From assembly GCA_964252035.1 (NCBI GenBank), contig OZ176216.1: a stretch of DNA of 64,000 nucleotides. One strand, given 5' to 3'. Of the stretch, positions 1-9,718 are shown one piece after another. The notes below the pieces were generated by a model. It had not been told where the DNA came from. It did no database searches and saw only the letters and a program-made list of their open reading frames with translations. Numbering within the stretch: the first letter of the stretch is position 1; each line of letters begins with the position of its first letter. This DNA comes from Podarcis erhardii (lineage: Eukaryota). The position numbers and the translations under genes are program-made.

Positions 1-1770
1 GGTTTCCTTCTTTTGTAACCCCCCAGCCCTGCTCTGTGTCATGCTAGCCAACACTTTCTCCCCTCTCTTCTCTGTGCTCTTGCAAAGTCTGTGCCTTGAC
101 CGACCGCTGCGCCGTTCTCGGGGCAGGGAGGACGCACCCCCAAATTGGGAGGAGGCCCGACGCTGGGCCCTGCTGCCCCAGTTGAGGAGAATTTCCCCCT
201 TCCATATGCTTTTGTGCTACGGAGGGGACACGGCCCTACAAGGCGCTGATGGGGGGGTGTCCCTGGCCACTGCCCCTCTCGGTGCCAATGGCGGATTGAG
301 ATTGAGCCATATCTGCCAGTGGGGTGCCCTGCGGTCCCTGCGCTCTTGGAGCTCCAAAGGGGGCAGGTGGTGGAGGGTGAAGGCCACCATATTGTTACAC
401 GCCCGCTCAGCCCAGCCCCTTGCCGGGACCTCAAGCTGTGGGCACCCGGCGGGCATCCCCGCAGCCCAGGGCCAAATCAATGCCACGACCTCTCGTTCCG
501 CAGATGCCATGAACATATCTTGCTCGCCATCAGTCCGAATACACACACAACACACACAGTGCCTGATTTCTTCAGTGGTCCATCATGCCTGCCCTGCATC
601 CACAGTTGGCAGGAACCTCAAGAACCCCTCTGGGCATCCTGCCTTCTGCTCCCGTGTCTTGCAGATGCCCGCCAGGCCATGGTCAGCCTGCATATGCTCC
701 CTGGGGCTCCTTCACCCACCCCTCCAGAACTAGAAAGGGAGAGGAAAGACTTGCACTCTGGCAAACTTGTCTGCTTTCTCCCTGAACCGTGGGAGAGAGG
801 GAGCCGGTCTTGTACCCTAAGCTGGGAATTTCCAAGCAGTCCCTCCATGCCCCACTGGCGAGAGGCCCTGGAGCCCATTGCCTGGCATTACCCGGGGGTT
901 GGCATTACCCTGTGTGCACTAGAATGGAAGGCACCTGCCTTCTGCACCTCTTGTCTCGCAAAACGCAGACCCCTCTCTTTCCCCACTCCTCTGTGCTGTA
1001 GAGATCCCCTTCTCCCTTTGCAATTTGCTACACGGTGCCCCCACCCTCCAGATACAAACATGGCTCCATGACAGTTTGGGGGAGGTGCAGGAGGGCAGTG
1101 GAAGGCGCTCCCCCCCCCTTTTGCAGGGTTTCTATGCACCTTCCTCCTCCCCAGTCTGTACTGTTCACACAAACGTCTGTACTGTTTATTATTCTTACAT
1201 GTGAAGCGTGCCTGTTTGCTCTCCGCATGGGGGGGGGGTATCCCAGCCATGCTTTCTTGTAATTGCCTCCTGTGCAGGCTGCTGCTGCTGCTGCATTTCA
1301 GAGCCCCCCCTCACTTTTTATACCCCACCTAAGTACTGTGAAGGAGGTGGGAGGGTGCCAAGTTCTTTATTTTTATTTTATTCGGAGCAGGATCTGGGTT
1401 TGTGCCGCCAAAGGTTCAGTGTGGGGAGGCAGCAGAGGGGTTATTTGGGGGGGGGTCTGGAAGCTTGGGTGAAAGTGAGGGGCTCTTTGGGGCCCAAGCA
1501 TGTTTCCCTCACCCCCCACCACACACAGAAAGGCCTGGGTGGTGCCCCTCTGTCAGCTTTCAGGGAGAGAGCACTGGATTCCTGTCCCCATTTTACCTTC
1601 CCTCTTCTCCCCCCCCCCCCACATTGTCTGCTCTCCTGCCCCCGCCCCACGCCACGCGTTCTCTGCATGGATATGTGGTGCATGACCGCCTGTGCCAGGA
1701 TTCGCCGGGGGCCCCGTGTGCATCCCAAGTGTGAAATAATGTACAATAAAAAGTTATTGTGACCTCACCA
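1..1770 (+). other. Terminal part of the 3' UTR of an upstream + strand gene (probably FLOT2 by synteny); coding exons lie outside the window
   Basis: No credible coding signal; UGUA (1740-1743) and AATAAA (1745-1750) followed by a U/GU-rich tract. The identity is inferred only from the FLOT2-miR144/451-ERAL1-FAM222B-TRAF4 neighbourhood known in human. Confidence 0.5.
1745..1750 (+). terminator. Poly(A) signal of the upstream gene
   Basis: TGTAC-AATAAA then AAGTTATTGT and CTTCGTCTCGTCTTTTT downstream. Confidence 0.65.
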
Positions 1771-1954
1771 GGCCGCCTTCGTCTCGTCTTTTTCCGTCCT
1801 GGTTTCCAAAGAGGAGACGGTGCAAGTGGGGGCCTCTCTGGAGTGGTGGGAACACCACTGCTACTCTTGGGAGATACAGCGGGGCTCTCCCCTTCCCACT
1901 CTACCTGCTGTGGGTCTCCAGGCATGGCTCAGCTTATTTTCACATTTCTATCCT

Positions 1955-2600
1955 GGGAGTCATTCCAGACTCACAGCTGTCCATGGAGGCGCAGGTCAAT
2001 TCTGTGTCCAGGGCAGCTGTCTACCAGGATGAGGCCCTCCCTGCTCGCAGACTGTCTCACCAGAGTGGTGCATGCTCTGGTTATCTCTCGCTTGGACTAC
2101 TGCAATGCACTCTACGTGGGGCTACTTTTGAAGGTGACCCAGAAACTACAACTAATCCAGAATGCGGCAGCTAGACTGGTGACAGGGGGCGGCCGCCGAG
2201 ACCACATAACACTGGTCTTGAAAGACCTACACTGGCTCCCAGGACGTTTCCGAGCACAATTCAAAGTGTTGGTGCTGACCTTTAAAGCCCTAAACGGCCT
2301 CAGTCCAGTATACCTGAAGGAGCATCTCCACCCCCATCGTTTTGCCCGGATACTGAGGTCCAGCGCCGAGGGCCTTCTTGGTGGTGGCGCCTGCCCTGTG
2401 GAACGCCCTAGTTATTTTTAAAGAGAAAAATAACTACCAGACTTTTAGAAGACATCTGAAGGCAGCCCTGTTTAGTAGGGAAGCTTTTAATGTTTAATAG
2501 GTTATTGTATTTTAGGGTTCTGTTGGAAGCCGCCCAGAGTGGCTGGGGAAACCCAGCCAGATGGGCGGGGTATAAATAATAAATTATTATTATTATTATC
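1955..2600 (+). mobile_element. L2-clade LINE, 5'-truncated 3' end (decayed RT C-terminus)
   Basis: Translation VHALVISRLDYCNALYVG...LQLIQNAAARLV...LHWLP...FKVLVLTFKALNGL is typical of the L2 ORF2 C-terminus; ends in the GCCCAGCCAGATGGGCGGGGTATAAAT tail and (ATT)n. Confidence 0.85.
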
Positions 2601-2949
2601 CCACCTTTTCTCCCAAGGAGCTCACAACAACCCTGTGAGGCGGGTTCGGCTGAGAGACAGCGACTGGGCCCAAGCTCACGCCCAGGGAGCTTCGTGGCCA
2701 AGTAGGGATTTGAACCCGGGCTCTCCCAGGTCCTCCTCTGAACTGCACTTGTTTCTGGAGGCAACGGAAGGTGTCCCATTAGCTTCCTGGGTGCCTCTGA
2801 AGTTGGCTTTTATATTTGGGTGTCTTTTGAGGCATGCCTGGTGGCAGAGGAGTGGGCTGCAGCAGGTCCAGCCCGGCCTGCTAGTCCCGCAGATAGGTTT
2901 GCCTGGGAGGAGACGGTTCCTTAGCCCAGGAGGAGGAGGAGGGCTGGTG

Positions 2950-3145
2950 TCTCAGATGCAGCGGAGGGGCTTCAGATAAGGCCAGGGTGGGGTCCCTTTT
3001 CCCCTTTTCTTTTTTGCAAAAGGAGGCTGGACTTCTTATCCGCACACCACAGACACCACCCTTGAGCCACCTCCTGCTGATGCATCTCTGCAGCAGGGCA
3101 AATCTTTGGACTTGGGGTGAAGGGAAGGAGCTTTATGTGATAGAG
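2950..3145 (+). promoter_or_regulatory. Candidate erythroid enhancer (GATA/KLF/E-box cluster) about 3.7 kb upstream of the miR-144/451 promoter
   Basis: CAGATG 2953-2958, AGATAA 2974-2979, AGGGTGGGG 2984-2992 and TGATAG 3138-3143 in unique sequence between repeats. Confidence 0.4.
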
Positions 3146-3264
3146 AACCCTGGAAAAAATGGGGTGGGGAGAGAATGCCGGGTGACCATGGCCTGGCACG
3201 AGACAAGTGCCTTTATTGATGGAAGCTGGCTAGGGGCGAGAATGGTTATGCCCAGGTACAGCTT

Positions 3265-3640
3265 GACCTCTCTCACCAGGAAATAGGTGGCTACCCAGAC
3301 CCTGAGATCATCTTCTGAGACCCTACTACATGTCCCTCGTCCTCAAGAGGTCCGGAGGGTGGCAACACAAGAAGGGCCTTTTCTGCAGTGGCTCCCTGAC
3401 TCTGGAATGCTCTCCCCAGGGAAGTTCGCCTGGCACCTTCATTATACACCTTTAGGCAACAGGCAAAAACGTTCCTTTTTAACCAGGTCTTTGGGTTATT
3501 GACATCCTATGCCCTTTTAAAATGTGGGGTTTTGGGGGGAGAGTATTGTTTTTATTTTGATTATTCTGTGGTTTTATATTTTGATTTTATTTTGTGAACC
3601 ACCCTGAGACCTCCGGGTTTAGGGTGGTATATAATTTAAA
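3265..3640 (+). mobile_element. L2-clade LINE 3' fragment (second family)
   Basis: RTLRSS...RRVAT..AFS.VAP.LWN.LP-type decayed coding followed by an AT-rich tail ending CTGAGACCTCCGGGT...GGTATATAAT. Confidence 0.6.
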
Positions 3641-4215
3641 AGTAAAAATGGGGCACTCCTAAGAAACATTCCTCCCGGCATGACATCTCTCCTCCAAGTA
3701 AACACACGTTTCCAAGAGACTTCAAGTTGCTTCCAGACATTGAGCACCTGCCCCCATACATCCAAGTTTTGAGGCAGTGTGTATGAATACCATTTTTAAA
3801 AAACAGATCAAAATGCAACTGAAAAGCTGGCTGTTAAAATCGCAATAGCCTGAAGTCTAGTGCCCACAAAGGCATTGGAGTCACAATTTAACAACTCCTC
3901 AATCCTATTAGGAACATGGGTCATCCCCTAAGGTCCAAGGAATATGGGTGTGCAGTTTAGTTTGGGGTCAGGAACCTTTTTCAACCTAAGGGCCACACTG
4001 CCTTCTGGGCAACCTTTGGAGGGTGAGGCCAGAGCCAACAGCGGGCAGAGGAATGAATGCAAAAGTTGCCTTCGTACAGCAGGCTGGTTTCTATGCCCAC
4101 ATTTGCACACCTCTCCAGGCAAGTGAGAGGCATGAGCACATAACTCCTGCGCTCAGAGATCTGCACTGGTTGCCAATTTGCTACTGAGCCAAGCTCCAGG
4201 TGTAACTATTAGTAG

Positions 4216-4456
4216 AAAAGGGAAAGGGGCCCCTGACCATTAGGTCCAGTCGTGGCCGACTCTCGGGTTGCGGGGCTCATCTCGCTTTATTAGCCGAGGG
4301 AGCCGGCGTACAGCTTCCGGGTCATGTGGCCAGCAGGACTAAGCCGCTTCTGGCGAACCAGAGCAGCACACAGAAACACCATTTGGATTCGAACCACCGA
4401 CCTTCTGATTGGCAAGCCCTAGGCTCTGTGGTTTAATCCACAGCGCCACCTGCGTT

Positions 4457-4458
<2 letters not shown>
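4216..4458 (-). mobile_element. Sauria SINE with an internal deletion
   Basis: Reverse-complement tail (AAAGG...CCCCTGACCATTAGGTCCAGTC) and tRNA head (GGATTCGAACC...CACAGCGCCACC); the central part is missing at about 4384 compared with the copies at 14559 and 55078. Confidence 0.85.

Positions 4459-4531
<73 letters not shown>
4459..4531. repeat. Compound (AT)n(AC)n microsatellite
   Basis: Directly visible, abutting the SINE head. Confidence 0.95.
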
Positions 4532-4537
<6 letters not shown>

Positions 4538-5009
4538 GTGGGCCCTCTTTGGCCTGGCTGAGCAGGGCTCTGTCCCGCCTGCCCTCCATTTTTGCAATCT
4601 ACGTGGCCAAATTGAAAGGAGCCCAGATGTCTCCCACGTCCAATTCCATCTGGCTGGGCTGGGCCCCCGATAACAAGGCAGAGACATGTGCAGCCTTAAT
4701 CGGTCCCTCACAGGCAAGCCTTCCAGGAACCGCCACCCCTGCGGACAAATAAGCTTGCGTCAAGTCAGTTTTTGCAGGGCCTCAGACAGGAAGAATGCGT
4801 TCCATGGGCCCATTTCTCTGCCTTGACCATTGAGGTGGCCCCCTCTTAGGAACATGCACACAAAGCTGGTGGTCTGGCTGCCCCCCCCCCCAAATAAAGC
4901 AGTCCATATGGTTCTGAACCAAGGGCTGTTTTCAACAGGACACAAGGAATGTCAGATCAAATGCCTCCTAAAAAATAAAGCAAGACCCCCCCCAGCCCTT
5001 ATGTTTCTT

Positions 5010-5340
5010 TTTAAAAAAATATTATTATGAAACAAATTTAACAAATCAAATTATAAATAAAATATAACCAATTACATTTCCCCCTCTCTCCAAAGACTTC
5101 CCTCAGCTCCCCTCTCTGATTTATACATATTATTCTCCGCATGTTATAAAATTGTATGTATCATTGCCTTATCTATCATATGTTCTGCTAATAAATTTGT
5201 GGATGTTTATTCAAAACCTGCCAAGGAATCCAAATCATTTTGTTGTCTTTTTAGATCATTTGTAAATAGTTCCCATTCTTCCTTTAAAGTCACGGTTGTC
5301 CTTCTCACGCAGTTTGTATGTTAACTTTGCCAACTCCGCA
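5010..5340 (-). mobile_element. L1/Tx1-like LINE 3' remnant
   Basis: Minus strand reads AELAKLTYKLREKDNRDF...EW, resembling the squamate L1-type ORF2 C-terminus, followed by an A/T-rich tail. Confidence 0.5.
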
Positions 5341-5547
5341 AAGGGCCTTCTTGGTGGTGGCACCCTCCCTGTGGAACACCCTCCCACCAGATGTCAAAGA
5401 GAACAAAAACTATCTGACTTTTAGAAGACATATGAAGGAAGCCCTGTTTAGGGAAGCTTTTAATGTTTGATGGATTACGGTATTTTAATATTCTGTTGGA
5501 AGCCGCCCAGAGTGGCTGGGGAAGCCCAGCCAGATGGGCAGAGTATT

Positions 5548-5597
<50 letters not shown>
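5341..5597 (+). mobile_element. L2 3' tail fragment with (AAT)n
   Basis: Near-identical to 2370-2600 (AGGGCCTTCTTGGTGGTGGC...GAAGCCGCCCAGAGTGGCTGGGG). Confidence 0.8.
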
Positions 5598-5598
<1 letters not shown>

Positions 5599-5867
5599 TG
5601 CAGAGGGTTGGGCTAGATGACCCTCAGGGTCTATTCCAACTTCACGATTCCGCTTCTTTATCCTGAGTCATCAAGCTCACTGCTGCCTACAGTAGCTGGC
5701 AGCAGCTCACCAGGGTTTCAGGCAGAGGACATTCCCATACCTTACTTGTAGGTGCAAAGTGGTTGAGCTTGCAAAGCATTACATTGCATAACATTGCATT
5801 TTACTGCATTGCAACTGAGCTATGGTGCTTTTCCGAAATATTTAGGAACCTGAGAAGCTGCCCAATA

Positions 5868-6082
5868 CAGTGATACCTCGGGTTAAGAACTTAATTCGTT
5901 CTGGAGGTCCGTTCTTAACCTGAAACTGTTCTTAACCTGAGGTACCACTTTAGCTAATGGGGCCTCGCACCGCCGCAGCACAGTTTCTGTTCTCATCCTG
6001 AAGCAAAGTTCTTAACCCGAGGTACTATTTCTGGGTTAGCAGAGTCTGTAACCTGAAGCGTCTGTAACCCGAAGAACCACCA
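5868..6082. mobile_element. Tc1/mariner-pogo (Tigger-like) MITE
   Basis: TIRs CAGTG(A/G)TACCTCGGGTTA ... TAACCCGA..ACCAC flanked by TA; the same family occurs at 45582 and 56131. Confidence 0.8.
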
Positions 6083-6649
6083 TACTGAATCAGGTAGCTA
6101 CGGGGGTCTCATCCCACTCGGGATTGCCTACACTGACTGGCAGAGGCCCTCCAGGGTCTCTGACATGGGACATTTCCTTGCCCACATTCCTGGGCCATAG
6201 AATCACAGAATGGTAGATTTGGAAGGGGGGGTTCCCCAGCGGTCATCTAGTCCCACTCCTTGCAATGCAGGAATTGCAGCTTCAAGCACCTCCAGTGAAG
6301 GACACTCCATTGCTAATCCATTCCACTGTCCAGCAGCCCTTACTAAGTTCTTCCTAATTTTCAGCCTTTCTTTGGATTGGAATCTTTTGGTTCTGGTCCT
6401 CCCGTCTGGAGCAGCAGAAAATAAGCTTGCTCTGTCTTCCATGGGACAGCCCTTCAGATATTGGAAAGTGGCCATCATTTCACCTCTGGGTCTCCCCTCC
6501 TCTGGAGGACAGGGCTTAAAGGAGACTGGGGGCCCTCAGCACCTTTCTCTTAGGAACTGGTCCCATTTCAGGGGGCCGGCGGCCGGCAGGTCTCTCTGTC
6601 CCTCCCCACCTGATGTCCTCAAAGTACTTTAATTTCCTAGAAGTTACTG

Positions 6650-6800
6650 GCGGTGGGTGGGTCAGGGTGTGGGGTGGAGGGGTGGAGGGGAGCCAAGTTC
6701 AGGCAAGGGGGGGCTGAAATGGGTTGGCAGGGCTGAGCAGCTATGCAAATAAGGCCCAGGGTATATAAAGGTCTTCTTCAGAAGCTCCCATCAGATGCGG
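6650..6800 (+). promoter_or_regulatory. Core promoter of the pri-miR-144/451 transcript
   Basis: KLF1-type AGGGTGTGG 6664-6672 (CCACACCCT on -), octamer ATGCAAAT 6743-6750, TATATAAAG 6762-6770, Inr-like TCAGAT about 30 nt downstream (A6793), and a strong 5' splice site ATG|GTAAGC at 6832/6833. Confidence 0.7.
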
Positions 6801-8598
6801 ATCTTGGAGGGCGTCCGTTGCAACTCAGAATGGTAAGCATATGGAATGGGGCAGGTTATTAGGGCTGTGTCTGGATAGCTTGCACTGTTTTAGATCCCTT
6901 TTTCTGAAAGAATATTTGCACTGCTTTATTGAATTTTTTAAAAATAATAGATAATATAATACTAAATTTTATTTATATCCCGCCCTCCCTGGCCAGAGCC
7001 GGGCTCAGGGCGGCTAACATCAGTAAAATTACAGTAAAAACATAATGTGTGTGGGGGGATCAATTTAAAACACAGGTTAAAATGCAGTTTAAAATGCAGC
7101 CTCATTTTAAAAGTAGCCCATAGATCAAAACCATAAAGGGAGGGAAACATATATACGCATTTTGTGTTTGACTTAGTTGGAAGACACACACAAACACAAC
7201 ACATATTTACTGTATATTATATGTATCAGCTGGCATTAAAAACAATAATAATTCCCTGAGAGTTATCAGTTCATTTTAACAGATTTCCTCTCTCTTGCGT
7301 TTATTTTGCATAGCCTCGTTGTACGCCACTTAAAAACTACGGGTGTTAAGCAGCATAAAAATGCCTGGAATAAATAAATAAATACCATATGGTTTTTAAA
7401 AATTACTTGCAAGAGGGCTCTTCAGGACGTCTGAAGCAATAGAGAATAAATTAAACCCAGCTAACATAAGACCTAATAATTTAAATGGGTCTACTCTGAG
7501 TATGAGGTGGTGGTGGTGGAAGAACCCTTAAAACGAATCGGGGTATGTTGTTTTCCTGAGAATGTTTGTCCTACTCAGAGTAGACCTACTAATATGAACG
7601 GACACAACTCATTTAGGCTCCACACTTGAGTTAAGCCTTAGGCGGCTACAGTCCTTTTAGTAGATGACTTAACAGATTTTAAATATTAAGCACTTAAGAA
7701 ATGCTATTAAATAACTCTGGCTGTGTGTGGGGGAGTGGTGAGCAGTGAAATATTTCTGCATTGCAGGGGGGTGGAGTAGATGACCCTCAGGAGACCCTTC
7801 AAATTCTATATATAGAGAGAGAGAGAATTTTTGTGCACTTGTATCGGCCCTCATGCACAAGCCTTTCTTCCTTGTGTTCCAAGGGGGCTGCATGTGGGTC
7901 TCCCCTTCCCCCACCCTATATTCTCTCTACAACAACTGCACCAGGCAGGCCAGGCTGGGTCAGTTTTAGAGCTGAGAGGGGTCTGAACCCATGGGTCTCT
8001 TAACCCAACTGCAGTCCAATACTCTAACCACTATACCACACTGTGCAGCACTAAAAAAAGGCTGTGAGAACCTGCCGCAGATGGGTGTCTTGCCCAGTAC
8101 GGCATGCATTGGAAGTTTTAAAACAGTTGTTAGGTGGTCACCTGTCGGGGATTCTTGAGCTGTCTTTGGAGTGGGTTGGACTAGATGACCCTTGGGGTCC
8201 CTCCAAATTCTACGAAAATACACCAGCCTTCTCCTGCAACATGGTGCCCTCCAGATCCTACAAATCCCATCCTCCTTGACCGTGCTCTATTCTGGCTGGA
8301 GATGATGGAAATTGTAGTACAAAACTAAGTTTGGAGACAGCTGATACACACATTAAAAAGAAGAAAGTAAGTCCTGTTTTACCTCCTGGTGTGAGAATGA
8401 GAGAGTTGCACTGGTGAGTCTAGCATTGTGTGAATGATTAAAGTTTGGCAGAGTCCACATGTCAGTTTTGTAGCGGGGGAGCGGGTTCGAATTCCCAGTG
8501 TGAGTTTCCCACACCTAAAATTCCATTCCTTCTCCTTCCAGCTCCCCACTCGCCAAAGTCTGCTGCGGAGTGAAACCGACCCATTGAGGTTCCAGGCT

Positions 8599-8655
8599 GG
8601 ATATCATCATATACTGTAAGTTGGAATGAGACACTACAGTATAGATGATGTACTA
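8599..8655 (+). ncRNA. MIR144: pre-miR-144 (5p 8599-8620, 3p 8635-8654)
   Basis: GGATATCATCATATACTGTAAG and TACAGTATAGATGATGTACT match the known mature miR-144-5p and -3p; the arms pair and the lower stem extends to about 8586/8666. Confidence 0.98.
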
Positions 8656-8910
8656 CCTTGAACCCCTGGAGCCGCCGAGATCCCAAAGCAACCCTTTCGT
8701 TGTCCTCAGCGCTCCCCACCGGAGCTGAGGTTGGGCTGAGCCCAGCTTGGTTGGGGTGGTTGGATAGAAACTGATTATTTTAAAAGCGCAGAGCCCAGCT
8801 TTATTTTTAAGGCCTTTCCACCGGTGGTCTTCACCCCACCAGAATGACTGTGAAATATGGGACCTTCTCTGTCTCCCCCGCCATTAAATCTAGATATTTC
8901 AGAGCAGAGC

Positions 8911-9185
8911 AGTTCACCTATGGAACTCCTTCCCACAGGAGGAAGAGATGGCTACCAGCTTGGATGGCTTTAAAAGAATAGACAAATTCACAGATGGCTA
9001 TTAATGGCTACTAGCTGCAATGGCTGTACTCTGCCTCCATAGCTGGAGACAGTGAGGCTTCTGAATACCGGTTGTTGGAAACCACAATCCTATAATAGGA
9101 TCCGTTTGGCCCCTGTGAGTACAGGATGCTGAGCTAGATGGGCCATTGGCCTGATCCAGCAGAGCTCTTCTGACCTTCTTCTACG
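8911..9185 (+). mobile_element. CR1 LINE 3' fragment between miR-144 and miR-451
   Basis: GGAACTCCTTCCCACAGGAGG...TTGGATGGCTTTAAAAGA...GGATGCTGAGCTAGATGGGCCATTGGCCTGATCCAGCAG; similar copies at about 13800-14090 and 20450-20770. Confidence 0.75.
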
Positions 9186-9552
9186 TCCCTCCAGATGTTG
9201 CTAGACTTAGCCCCCTTCTGCCCTGATCCTTGCAACATCTGGAGGACAACAGGGTCCCTATCCGACAGTAATGGGGGGAAAGGCACCCTTCTTTAGTCTT
9301 CCATTGGACCACAGGAAATATATCTAAGAAGCTGACTTATTGGCAGCTCGGACTGCGTGTCTTTTCTAGTCCAAGATTTTTCACTTGCCTTAGCAACAGT
9401 TCTTCAGAAACAAGATTTTCCCATCGTCCTTTTTGGGAAAAAGCTAGAACCAGCTTAGAGTTTGTTTTGCTGGGTGTGCGGGTGTGCAACATTGACTGGA
9501 CAAGAAGAAAATGCAATCCTGCTCAGAAGACAAATCTTGCGGGGTGTCAGCA

Positions 9553-9594
9553 AAACCGTTACCATTACTGAGTTTAGTAATGGTAAGGGTTCTT
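9553..9594 (+). ncRNA. MIR451: pre-miR-451 (Dicer-independent, Ago2-sliced short hairpin; mature 9553-9574)
   Basis: AAACCGTTACCATTACTGAGTT is an exact match to mature miR-451; short stem with a 4-6 nt loop, lower stem to 9539/9606, and CNNC (CATC) at 9611-9614. Confidence 0.98.
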
Positions 9595-9712
9595 CTGCCA
9601 TCTTGCCCACCATCTGACTCCACAGAAGCAGGAATTTCAGCTTCATCTGATGAAAGGGGGCTCCTTTTCACGTCGGCCTATATCAGGCCACTTCTTTCTT
9701 GTTCCTGTAAGA

Positions 9713-9718
9713 AATAAA
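9713..9718 (+). terminator. Poly(A) signal of the miRNA host transcript
   Basis: AATAAA 120 nt after pre-miR-451, followed by GCTTTTGCGTTTCCCTTTTATTTG. Confidence 0.55.

Noticed and set aside
39-1762. Many 60-250 aa ORFs in the first 1.8 kb
   Set aside because: No recognisable domain or coherent splice structure; GC-rich UTR-like sequence ending in a poly(A) signal. The flotillin C-terminus is not visible, so no gene symbol was assigned.
8483-8496. GGGTTCGAATTCCC as a tRNA gene or Pol III B-box
   Set aside because: No A-box or cloverleaf around it; treated as part of the miR-4732-like hairpin candidate or a chance match.
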